DNA from: Camelus dromedarius
Taxonomy: Eukaryota
Reading direction: 5' to 3'
DNA length: 64,000 nt
NCBI RefSeq assembly: GCF_036321535.1
Contig: NC_087437.1
Location: forward strand, 47,990,001-48,054,000
Of this stretch, positions 24,650 to 36,690 are shown in pieces. The notes under the pieces are model-generated. The model was not told the DNA's origin. It made no database searches and saw nothing but the letters and a program-made list of their open reading frames with translations. Positions within the stretch are counted from its first letter, which is position 1. The number at the start of each line of letters is the position of its first letter. A program made the translations under genes and the position numbers.

Positions 24650-24880
24650 ATGTATAGCATAGTGGTGAAGAACAGAAGCATTCTCCTCATAAAGACCAGG
24701 AACCAACTCAGACTCTATCACTGACCTTTTGCAGGTCCCTTAACATCTCCAGGTCTCATTTTCCTTATCCTTAAAATGTAAGATGGGCTAGTGATGATCT
24801 TGGTTAATCATTATTAGGACTAAATGAGAAATATCCATGGCATAAAGTATGTAGTAAATGCTCAATGAAAGTAGATGTGC
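24650..24880 (+). mobile_element. MIR SINE
   Basis: cttaacatctccaggtctcattttccttatccttaaaatg...ttaggactaaatgaga...tagtaaatgctcaat. Confidence 0.7.
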
Positions 24881-27142
24881 TTATCAGTGTTTTTGTTCCA
24901 CTGAGAAAAATATAAAGAATGAAACAAAAATTACCTACGATCTCAAAGCTCAAACATCTGTCAGTATTCAGATGTTTTAATTTTCTGTATATACATATCC
25001 TCTTCTAGATACCTTTCTCCCCTTCCTTTAAATCTTTCCTTTCTACCTAATTATTCAAAAATAAGAGCAAGGTTAAGATTATTTCAAATATGGACTGTTA
25101 TATAGCAATTAAAATGGTATTTATGAAGCATTTATTGTAATATGGAAAACGCCTTGAGTTATGCTGTTTCTTGTCATGTAGTATGAGCACAATGATGGAA
25201 AACAACAACAAATGATGTGTGAGGAAAAAAAGACTCCAAAGAAATGCACCGAAAGTACTGTGCTCCTCGGCTGGGGTTAGGAGTCACTTGCCCTGTCATC
25301 TTTCCTTGTACTTTTCAGCAGTTCCCAAATTTCCTATTGGTAGCATGTGTTATTTTGGTAAGAAAGTAAGATTTGGTTTTTAAAAAAAAAAGCTTACATC
25401 TTTTCAGTTTCAGTTCCTCCATGATGTTTTCTCCAAAGACCACACGCTAGAGCAATCTCTTGCCTCTCTGAATGCTTTCAATACTGATATTCTGGATCAG
25501 TGGTTTGGAAGAAGAGAGGCGTGTACTAGAGACCACCATTATCCCTATGAGCTTGAGCAAGTCATTTAAACTCATCTGTACATCATTTCTTGTCATTCGT
25601 AAAGTGAGAAGACTGGGTTCATTTGACAATAGCTCAGGCTTCTTTGGGTAGATTGCCTCAGAGGATCAGAATAAGGGAGAAGAGAGAGATTAGTCCAGGA
25701 TCTGTCTTTTTTTTTTTTTTTTTTTTAAATAAAGGGGCCTCTAGCTTGTTCACTGATCTCTAAAATTTATATTTTAAAGCATTTTTCTAAAAGTATATTT
25801 GACATTTTCCTTTCAATTTTAGATTATAAACCCAGTAAATAAAAATTCCTACAAGGACGATGACAAAATTAAATATTGATTAAGATATAAAGAATAAGAA
25901 AATAAGCAATTTAATTTAGAACCAGGGACTTTTAAGGGATAGCAGCATATTATCAACTCCCATTCACCAGTCTATTTTGGTCACTCTTGAGTTAAAATAG
26001 TGTTCCTTTTAATTTTGTGGTCAAGCATATTTGTTGATTAGAAAGATCCTGGGGTTGTGTTGTGAAGGAACTGATCAATGTGAGATTACAAGTCAATTCT
26101 GCCTGTGAGGAGTCTGACTTTCCTTTTGCCTCTTTAGACATCCGTTGATTAACTGTCACTAGATCAAAACTGAAACAAAACAAAACAAGAACCAACCAAC
26201 CAACCAACGCATTCTGTGTATGCAAAAGAAAAGAGAGTACCCCTTGCATGGTGAGGAATGAAAATCACTATGGAAATTTGGACAAAGTATTTGCCAAAAT
26301 AAATAATTTTTGTTGAAGCAAAATTATGTGCATGATTTAGGGACCTCGTCACTCTGGCTCTGGTAGCCCAAGCTGGTGAAGAGTGCCTGACATGTCCCCA
26401 CTCACATCATCTGTTGACTGACAACTTAGTATTAGTTGAGGGTTCCATGCAGCTGCCCAGAGAACATATTCTACCTGAGGCTGCAATCAAACGTGTGCAG
26501 CACCCTGATCAAGGACAGGATAGAACTGTGATTGGTCAGAACTAGTCTGAGCTCTGGGTGCAGCTCTGGGGGTCCCAGGTAGTGAGGGTCACCAACAAAC
26601 TGGAGTCTCTTCAGGCAAGAGTGGATGGGCAAGAGTAAACCTGTTTATGAAGCAATTCGCCTGGTAAAGCAAAGCTCAGAGGGGTGCTGAGCGCAGAGCA
26701 AGCGGTTCAGCCTTGTTTTTGCAGACAGCAGAATTAGGGTGAATGAATGGCAGTTCCAGGGAGACAGTTATCAAACACAACATGAAGCTGTCTGAAAATG
26801 GAATGGGCTGCTTTCTCCTCAGAAGGATGGGTTCCCTGACGTTAGAAGTCTTCAGAGACACAATGACCAATGTGAGGAGTGCTGTATAGATGATTCACAG
26901 AAAACTTTGACCTATGGTCTCTTACGACCCTGAGCGTCTTTGCTTACAGTGTTATTAATGGATTGATTTACTGAGTCGAACAGGGAGGTGCAAAATGAGT
27001 AAAATCCCTATGAGATAAGAAATGGATCTGCCACATATGCCCTTTTCTCAAGCTGAACAGTATAGGGAGGAAAACAGATGGGCTTTAGCATCAGCTTTAA
27101 CAGACTGCAATCCTAACTAGGCTCTTTGTCTCTTTGTCACAT

Positions 27143-27780
27143 TGAGACAGGAAGGAAGGGGGCAGGGCGCAGCCATTCAAGAAATGACACAGCTATTAAC
27201 ACCACAGTGGTGGAAAATCCAACTTCCAACATGCCTTGAAGCCCAAGATGGGGGGAGGTTTGAGTTCTGGTAAACCTTGAGCTTCATTATAAGTTCATCA
27301 TAATGTATCAGCATGGTAAATGACAGTCCCCTACAGGCGCCATGACAGTCCTGACACTGACCATGAAAGATCAAAAAGTGGGTGGTGGCCCAATTCCTGG
27401 GAATCCTAGCCCCTTCCTCCAAGTAGCTGAGAATAATCCTCCCACTTGTTAGCATATGAAGTTACTGAGCCCATGAAAACTTACAACCCTTTTTGAGTGA
27501 GACGGCTTGCACTCTGTCCACAGAGTGTGTATCTATTTTTAGTTTAAACTGAGCACCTAAGCCCCACATCTTGTGGCCTTTCTCCTGCCTTCTGAAACAG
27601 CCTGCACTCTATGGAGTATGCATCTCTCTCAGTAAGTCTACCTTTACTCAACTGTGTCTTGTTCTTGAATTCTTTCTTGCGTGAAGCTAAGGACCCATGC
27701 TTGGCGGGGCACCTCCCAGGGACTCAACCAAGACCTGGGACAGGGCCATCCTCTCGCCTCACATTCTTTTTCCTGTATCA
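27143..27780 (+). mobile_element. Solo ERV1 LTR, MER41-like, inserted in a MIR
   Basis: TG...CA ends with an 11-bp terminal inverted repeat tgagacaggaa/ttcctgtatca (1 mismatch) and 4-bp flanks acat/acag. MER41 hallmarks are gaataatcctcccacttgttagcatat, ctctatggagta and gaattctttcttgcgtgaagctaaggaccc. The MIR core resumes at ~27785. Confidence 0.8.
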
Positions 27781-28815
27781 ACAGGACCTTTGGCAATTTA
27801 GTTCACCTCTGTAACTCAGTTTTCTGGTCTGTAAAATGTAAAAGTTCTGTGATTGTGCAGATTAAGTGAAGCAAGTACATAAAGTGCTTAGAATTTGTAA
27901 CATAAAGGATCTAAGGAATCAGCAATTAATGTTATTTTGTATTGCAAATGAAAAAGAATATTTCCCACAATAGAGAGAGGATGCAGTCCCACAAACTGTA
28001 AACTGTATGGTTCGGAAATGAAGAACAAAAACACTGGTACTAACACTCAGATTTTCCGGTTGCCTCTGGGTTAGACACGCTCCCCTGTTTAATGGAGGCG
28101 GCCATCACTGCTGATGTTGGCAGGAACCTGGACAAACAGCCTGAAGCTCTCACCAAACAACACGCCAGCCTGTTGGCTGCAGGAACGTGGGGAGGAAAAA
28201 CTGGAAATGATGGGAAGGAGAGGAAAGGGCACAGAAGGCTGGAAATAATTCAATACAAGGTTTGAGCAGGATGTCAGAGGCAACCAAGAGTCATTTCAAA
28301 CAGATAATCTAAGAGAGTTTCCTGTTTTTTGCTTTCTATTCTTCTTCACCTGCAAGTGGCAAAGGAATGAGAGGAATGGAGTATTAAAGCACAATGAGCA
28401 AAATCTGTTGTCCAAATGGGCAGGGGTCACTTTTCAAAGGGCTTTTAGCATATTCATCAGCAAATGAGCACCTTTGCAGAACCAGAATTTCACAGGATAT
28501 CTCTGTTTGTGGCTCCAGCTGGTATTTGCATTCACAACAAAGAACTGCTCTTAAGGTGCCCTGGAATGGGGTTTGGGGACTAAGCCTGGGGTTTGCTGCT
28601 ACTTTGGGAGTAAGGTCTTGTAGGGCCAGTTTCTCAGAGGCTGCTTATGTCTTGCAGACCTCCGGCTGCAGTTCAGGCTGTTAGCTGCAGGAGACTACAG
28701 GGCTGCTTTACCCTGGGCATGGGGAGATGAGGAGGGCCCTTGGGTGTGAGCCTTGTCTCATGCTCCATGCGGTGAGTCACAGCCTACGTGATGAAGGAAG
28801 GGGCAGGTGGATAGC

Positions 28816-29301
28816 TGTAGTGTCAGACCTGACAGTTAGCTTTCCTTCCTGTAATGCAAGTGCCTGACTTAAGCTTTGATTGCCGCTTCAAAGAGGCACC
28901 CATTTCAAAGATGGTATCCTCTTCAAAGAACGCTATCTCGAATAAACACATGGCCAGCCATGAAGACTCCTTTGTTTTAGAGTTCTTGGTTGATTTCGAT
29001 AACTGACCATTGGGAGGAGTGTTTTTTCTCTTCCTAAGCTTTAAATTCACCAGTACAGGGTGAGCACTTGAAGCCCTAGGCCCCGACTCTCCACCCCAAT
29101 GAAAGGAGAACCTTGGGCCCACATTTGTACTATTTCTCGCTCTCTACCTGTGACTTTGCTGTGTGGCCCCAGGTGTGCCATGTAATTTCCAGGACCTGTA
29201 AGTAATAAACCTTTATTTTTCTTTTAGAGTTTCCTGATGGGTCTTGCTGAGGGCATCTTGCAATCATAATAAGAAGCACAAGGGCCAGCCCAGCCACAAC
29301 A
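28816..29301 (+). mobile_element. Probable solo LTR (family not identified)
   Basis: tgtagtg...cacaaca inverted ends and an internal aataaa at ~29204. Size is LTR-like (~490 bp), but the TSD is poor. Confidence 0.5.
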
Positions 29302-29714
29302 CTGCTTACAGACAGGCTGAGACAGGCTCGGAGCAACAGTGAACTGCAAGCAATGTAACTCAGTTCCAGGGGTTTTCTCCTTTAGCCATGTCTGCAAGTG
29401 GGGAAGGTTACTGGGAAACTCCCTACCAGTTTTATAAAATAAGATGTGAGAAATATTTGCTAACCCAAAACTATATGTTTGTGTTTGCATCACAGCAGTA
29501 TTAAAACAAAACAAAACATCACATCTAAATGTGGAAGGTCAAAACACCTACTCTTAAGAAGGTCACTGTTCAATGATACAATTAAAATAGAGGTAACCGT
29601 AGTTCAGGAGAGGGTGAACAAATGTTGCAAAAAGAGATAAAATTACTTGATCAAAATCACACTATTATTGGTAAACAAAAGATCTGGAATTCAAGATATT
29701 CCATCCTTTCTTTT

Positions 29715-30245
29715 TAGGGCTGACCGAATCTTCCAAAAATGGCCTCAGTGTTATTTCTGGTCCCCCATCGGAACTTTGCCACACTCCATTAAAAGGTGGA
29801 GTATATTGCCCTGCCTTTGAACACTTGGCTTTAACAAAGAGAATGCAATGTTAGTGAACTGGTGTGACTTTTGAGGCTAAATCCTAAGCGGTGATGTAAC
29901 TTCTACCTCTCTTTCTCTTTCTCTCCAGCCACTGACCTTTGGAATCTAGTTGCCATGTTGGAAGGAAAGCTACAACTCAAAGAAAGGCCACGTGTTTTAG
30001 CCATCTGTCACACTGAGGTCTCAGGTGACTATGAGGATAAGGCTTCTGACATATGAGCGAGAGTGCCTTCAGATGATTCCCACCCCTTGCCATGGCCGGC
30101 AGCCTTCAAGCCACCTAGTGGAACAAAGGTGAGCCATCCTCTCTGAACGCTACCCAAATTACATATATCCAAGTGAAATAAATATTGCTGTTTTTAAGCC
30201 ACAAGTGCTGGAGTAATTTATTACACATGCAGAGTAACTGGAACA
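29715..30245 (+). mobile_element. MaLR LTR (MLT1 family)
   Basis: The 3' end tgtttttaagccacaagtgctggagtaattttattacacatgcagagtaactggaaca is typical of MLT1. Internal motifs gccatgttggaaggaa and ccttcagatgattcc. Confidence 0.75.
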
Positions 30246-30419
30246 TACTTTAGGTCAGAGGACTGGAGAAGAGGAAAACCAGGTGTAGACAAGGGACCTT
30301 ATGATGGGGCTTCCTCAAAGGGTTGGCAGGCTAGTGATGTAATGTAGCATTTCCTCAAAAAGTGTTCTAGAAACAAAGAGTTCTGTGGTCAAATGAGCTT
30401 GAGAAACTTTAGGTTAGAC

Positions 30420-30503
30420 CAGAGGCTGCAAACTGGTGGCCTATAGCCAGGTCAAGCCAAGAATCATGTTTTTCCCCTCATCCTGAATGTGAAATTCCAC
30501 ACC
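30420..30503. mobile_element. hAT MITE (MER102-like), left part; the right part lies at ~37054-37204 beyond the L1
   Basis: The left end cagaggctgcaaact pairs with the right end aatttgcaacttctg at ~37189-37204. Confidence 0.6.
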
Positions 30504-31544
30504 AAAACCCAGATTTCAGGACAGCGACCAAGATGGTGGAGTAGAAAAACCCTGAGCTCAACTCCTCTCAAGAGCACACCAACATCACAACTATCTGCAG
30601 AACCAGCATCAATGAAAAAGACTAGAACCTACCAGGAAAGATCTTCAACAATAAAGACAAAAAGCAGCCACAACAAGGTGAGCTGCAGGGGTGGACCCAT
30701 GATATAATCAAATCCCATAGCTGCTGTGGGCAATTCAAAAACTGGAGAATATTTATATTGCAGAGGTTCTCCCACAGGATTGAGAGTTCTGAGCCCCACA
30801 TCAGGCTCCCCAGCCAGAGCATCTGGCATGAGGAAGAGGATCTCCCACAGCATTACGCTTTGAAGGCCAGTGGGGCTTGACTGTATGAAGCCTGCAGGAC
30901 TGGGGGAAATAGACTTCACTCTTGAAGGGCCACACAAAATCTCATGCACTGGAACCCAGGGCAAAAGCAGTAATTTGATAGGCGCCTGGGCCAGACCTAC
31001 CAGCTGGTCTTGGAGGGTCTCCTGGAGTGTCAGGGTGTGGCTGTGGCTCACCCTGGGGATGTACACACAAGTGGTAGACATATTGGGGATCACTCAAATG
31101 TGTGAACACTGCTGCTGGTGGCTGTCACTTGGCTTATTAGCATCAAGACCTGGCCCCACTCAACAGCCTGGAGGTGCCAGTGCTGTGATACCTCGGACCA
31201 AACACCTAACTAGGCAGGGACATAGCCTCACTCATCAGCAGACAGGCTGCCTAAACACTTCCTGAGTGCACAGCTGCCTCTACACATGCCCCTAGACATG
31301 GCCCCATCCACCAGAGGGCCAAGACTCAGCTCCACCCACCAATGGGTAGGCGCCAGACCTTCACACCAGGAAGCCTGTACAAGCCTCTAGACAAGCCTAG
31401 ATCATATAGCTTGAGTGATGAGAGGGCAGTGCACTGCTGGAATGCATAGGATGTCTCCTACAGAAGGCCACCTCTCCAAGGTTGAAAAAACATAACTAAC
31501 CTACCATATACAGAAAAAAAAAAACAAATAGCAACTTAGACAAA

Positions 31545-32425
31545 ATGAGATGTCAGAGGAATATGTTCCAGACAGAGGAACAAGATAAAACCCTAGAAGA
31601 AGAACTAAGCAAGGTGGAGACAGAATTCTTTCTTCAGTAGATTGCCTAAGTAATGATCATAAAGATGATCAAAGAACTTGGGAGGAAAATGGATGTAAAG
31701 AGCAAGAAGTTAGAAGTTTTCAACAAAGAGTTAGAAAATATAAAGAACAATCAAACAGAGATGAAGAATGAAAAATACATTAGAAGGAATCAATAGAAGA
31801 CCAAATGATACAGAACTACAGATCAGTGAGCTGGAAGATAGTAGTGAAAATCACTGTTGCTGAACATAAAAAATAAAGAATGAGGAGAAATGAGGACAGT
31901 GTAAGAGACCTCGGGGACAACACCAAGTGCACTAATATTTGCATTGTAGAGGTCCCAGAAGGAGAAGAGAGAGAGAAAGGGCCTGATAAAATATTTGAAG
32001 AGAAAATAGCTGAAAACATCCCTAACCTGGGAAAGGAAATAGTCACCCAAGTCCAGATAGTGCAGAGAGTCCCATATGTGATTAACCCAAAGAGAAACAC
32101 ACCAAGATACAATGTAATCAAACTGACAAAAATTAAAGATAAAGGGAGACTATTAAAATCAGCAAGGTAAGCAACAAATAACATACAAGGAACTCCCATA
32201 AGGTTATCAGCTGACTTTTCAGCAGAAACTGTGTAGACCAGAGGGGAGTGGCACGATATATTTAAAGTGATGAAAGGGAAAAACCTACAACCAAAAATAC
32301 TCTACCCAGTTATGTTCTCTTTCAGAGTTGATGGAGAAATCAAAAGCTTTACAGACAAGCGAAAGCTAAAAGAATTCAGCACCACCAAACCAGCTATACA
32401 ACAAATGTTAAAGGAACTTCTTTAG
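31545..32425 (+). pseudogene. L1 ORF1p remnant (stops, frameshifts, internal micro-inversion)
   Basis: Starts MRCQRNMFQTEEQDKTLEEEL. ORF 31880..32170 (NICIVEVPEGEEREKG...IFEEKIAENIPNL...NPKRNTPR) is typical of the ORF1p RRM region. Confidence 0.9.
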
Positions 32426-32914
32426 GTGGAAAAGAAAAGGCCACAACTAGAAACAAGAAAATTACAAAATGAAAAAGCTCACTGGTAAAGGCAAATATAC
32501 AATAAAGGTAGGAAATCATCCACACACAAAGCCAGTAAAGAGTTTAAAAGACGAAAGTAGTAAAATCATCTATATCTACAATAAGTAGTTAAGGGATACA
32601 CAAAATAATTAGTTGTAAAATATAACACAAAAACAGTAATTGTGAGGGGAAAAGAGTACAAATGCAGGGTTTTAAAAATCATTTGAAATTAAGAGATCAG
32701 CAACTTAAAACAATCATGTATATATATAGACTGGTATACAAAAAACCTCATGGTAACTGCAAACCAAAAACCTGTAAGAGAAACACACACAAAAAAGAGA
32801 AAGGAATCCAAACATAACACTAAATACAGACACCAAATCACAAGGGAAGACGACAAAAGAAGAAAGGTGGGGATGGTGGAGACCGAGAAAAACAAATCCA
32901 AAACAATGAACAAA

Positions 32915-35900
32915 ATGGCAATATGAACATATTTATTGATAATTACTTTAAATGTAAATGGACTAAATGTTCCAACCAAAAGACTAGCTGAATGGATACA
33001 AAAGCAAGAACCATACATATGCTGTCTACAAGACTCACTTCAGATCTACAGACATATATAGATTGAAAGTGGATGGGAAAAGGTATTCCACACAAATAGA
33101 AATTAAAAGAAAGCCAGAGTACCAATACTTACACCAGACAAAATGACCTTAAAATAAAGACTGTTACAAGAGACAGAGAAGGACACTACCTAATGATCAA
33201 GGGATAAATCCAAGAAGATATAACAATTGTAAATATGTATGCACCCAACATAGAAGCACTGCAATATATAAGGTAAATACTAACAGACATAAAAGGAGAA
33301 ATCAACAGTAACATATCAGTAGGGGACTTTAACACCCACTTACATCAATGGACAGATTATCCAGATAGAAAATCAGTAAGGAAACACAGACCTTAAATGA
33401 CATGTTAGACCACATGGACTTAACTGATATTTATAGAGCCTTCCATCTGAAAGCAGCAGAATATACATTATCTTCAAATGCACATGGAACATTCTCCAGG
33501 ATAGATCACATGCCAGGCCACAAAACAAGCCTCAGTAAATTGAAGAAACTGAAATCATATCAAGCATCTTTTCCAACCACAATGTTATGAGACTAGAAAT
33601 CAAGTACAAGAAGAAAACTGCAAAACCCACAAACACGTGGGGGCTAAACAATATGCTACTAAACAACCAATGGATCACAAAGGAAATCAAAGAGGAAATT
33701 AAAAAAAAAAAACTTAGAGACAAATGAAAACAAAAGCATGATGATTCAAAATCTTGAAATTCAGCAAAAGTAGTTCTAAGAAGGAAGTTTACAGTGATAC
33801 AAGCTTACCTCAGGAAATAAGAAAAAATCTCAAATAAACAACCTGACCTTACACACTAAAGGAACTAGAGAAAGAACAAATAAAACCCAAAGTTAGTAGA
33901 AGGAAAGAAATCATAAAGATTAGAGCAGAAATAAATGAAATAGAGGCTAAAAAAATTAGAAAAGATCAATGAAACAAAAAGCTGGTTCTTTGAAAAGATA
34001 AACAAAATCAATGAAAATTTAGCCAGACTCATCAAGAAAAAAAGGTAGAGGGCCAAGTCAATAAAATCAGAAATGAAAAAGGAGAAGTGGTATTTGACAC
34101 CACAGAAATACAAAGGATCATAAGAGACTACATTGAGAAACTATATGCCAATAAAATGGACAACCTAGAAGAAATGGACAAATTCTTAGAAAGGTACAAT
34201 CTCCCAAGACTGAACCAGGAAGAAATAGAAAATATAAACAGAATTACTGAAATCAAATCAGTAATTTAAAAACTCCCAACAAACAAAAGTTCAGGACCAG
34301 ATGACTTCACAGGTGAATTCTACCAGACATTTAGAGAAGAGTTAATGCCTATCCTTCTGAAACTCCAAAAAATTGCAAAGGAAGGAACACTTCTAAACTC
34401 ATTCTATGAGGTCACCATCACCCTGATACCAAAACCAGACAAAGATACCACACAAAAAAGAAAATTACAGGCCAATATCACTGATGAACATAGTACAAAA
34501 ATCCTCAACAAAATACTAGCAAACCAACCCCATCAATACAGTGAAAGGATCATGCACTATGGTCAAGTGGGTTTTATCCTAAGGATGCAAAGATTTTTCA
34601 ATATCTGCAAATCAATCAAGATGATATACCACATTAACACACTGAAGAATAAAGATCATATGATCATCTCAAAAGATGCAGAAAAGGCTTCTGATAAAAT
34701 TCAACATCCGTTTATGATGAAAAATACTCTCCAGAAAGTGGCATTGAGAGAACCTATGTTAACATTATAAAGGTTGTATATGACAAACCCACAGGTAACA
34801 TCATACTCAATGGTGAAAAGCTGAAAGAATTCCCCCTAAGATCAGGAACAAGACAAGGATGCCCACTCTTACCACTTTTAGTCAATATACTTTTGGAAGT
34901 CCTAGCCACAGCAATCAGAATAAAATGAAATAAAAGGAATCCATATTGTAAAGGAAGTAGAACTGTAACTATTTGCAGTTGACATGATACTATATATAGA
35001 AAATCCTAAAGAAGTCACCAGAAAACTACTAGAGCTCATCAATGAACTTGGTAAAATTGCAGGATACAAAATTAATACACACAAATCTATTTCATTTTTA
35101 TACACTAATGATAAAATATCATAAAGAGAAATTAAGGAAACAATCCCATTTACCATCACATCAAAAGAATAAAATACCTAGGAATAAAGCTACTTAAGGA
35201 GGCAAAAGATATGTACTCAGAAAACTATAAGATGTTGATGAAAGAAATTGAAGGCAACACAAACAGATGGAAAGATATACAGTGTTCTTGGAATGGAAGA
35301 ATACTGTTAAAATGACCATATTACCCAAGGTAGTCTACAGATTCAATGCAGTCCCTATCAAATTGCCAATGACATTTTTTCACAGAACTAGAATGAAAAA
35401 ATTTTAAATTTGTATGGAAATACAAAAGACCCTGAATAGCCAAAGCAACCTTAAGAAATATGATTGGAGCTGGAGGAATCAGGCTCTTGATTTCAGACTA
35501 TACTACAAAGCTACAGTAATCAAAACAGCATGGTACTGGCACAGAAACAGATCAATGAAACAGGATACAAAGTCCAGAAATAAACCCATGTACTTATGGT
35601 CAATTAATCTACAAGAAAGGAGGCAAGAATATACAATGGAGAAAAGACAGTCATAAGTGGTGCTGGGAAAACTGGACAGTGACATGTAAAGAATGAAATT
35701 AGATTATTCTCTAACACTATATACAAAAATAAACTAAAAATGGATTAAAGACCTAAATGTAAGACCAGAGACTATAAAATTCCTAGAGGAAAACATAGGC
35801 AGAACACTCTGATGTAAATCACAGCAATATTTTCTTGGATCCATCTCTTAGAGTAATGGAAATAAAAGCAAAAATAAACAAATGGACCTAATTAAACTTA

Positions 35901-36690
35901 AAAACTTTTATACAGCAAATGAAGCCACCAACAAAATGGAAAGATAAACTATGGAATGGGAGAAAATATTCAAATTATGTGACCAGAGATTAATTTCCAA
36001 AATATACAAACAACTCATATAGCTCAATGTCAAAAAATACCAAACAATGCAATCAAAAAATGGGCAGAAGACCTAAACAGACATTTCTCCAAAGATGACA
36101 TACAGATGACCACAGCAGGCACATGAAAAGATGCTCAATATCTCCAATTATTAGAGAAATGCAAATCAAAGCTATAATCAGAAGCCCCCATAACTGAGAA
36201 ATATGTGTTGCTTCTGAAAAAACAAAAAGCCCCCAAAACTACAATGAGCTATCACCTCACACCAGTCAGAATGGCCATATCAAAATGTCTACAAATAATA
36301 AATGCTGGAGATGGTGTGGAGAAATGGAAACCCTCCTACACTGTTGGTGGGAATGTAATTTGGTGCAGCTACTGTGAAGAACAGTATGGAGGTTCCTTAA
36401 AAAATAAAAATGTTACCATATAATCCAGGAATCCCACTCCTGGGCATTTATCTGGAGAAAACTCTAATTTGAAAAGATAAGGCACCTCAATGTTCAAGTA
36501 GCATATTTACAATAGCCATGACATGGAAGCAGCCTAAGTTTCCATCAACAGATGAATGGATAATGATGTGGCATATATATATATATAATGGAATATTACT
36601 CAGCTGTAAAAAAGAATGAAATAATGCCATTTGTAGCAGCATGGATGGACATAGAGATTATCATACTATGTGAAGTTAGTCAGCAGCGAA
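32915..36690 (+). pseudogene. L1 ORF2p remnant (endonuclease / reverse transcriptase / C-terminal), disrupted
   Basis: Fragments DLTDIYRAFH...HGTFSRIDHM (EN), [18 protein letters not shown], and ITLIPKPDKD...KILNKILAN...[14 protein letters not shown] (RT). Many frameshifts. Confidence 0.92.
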
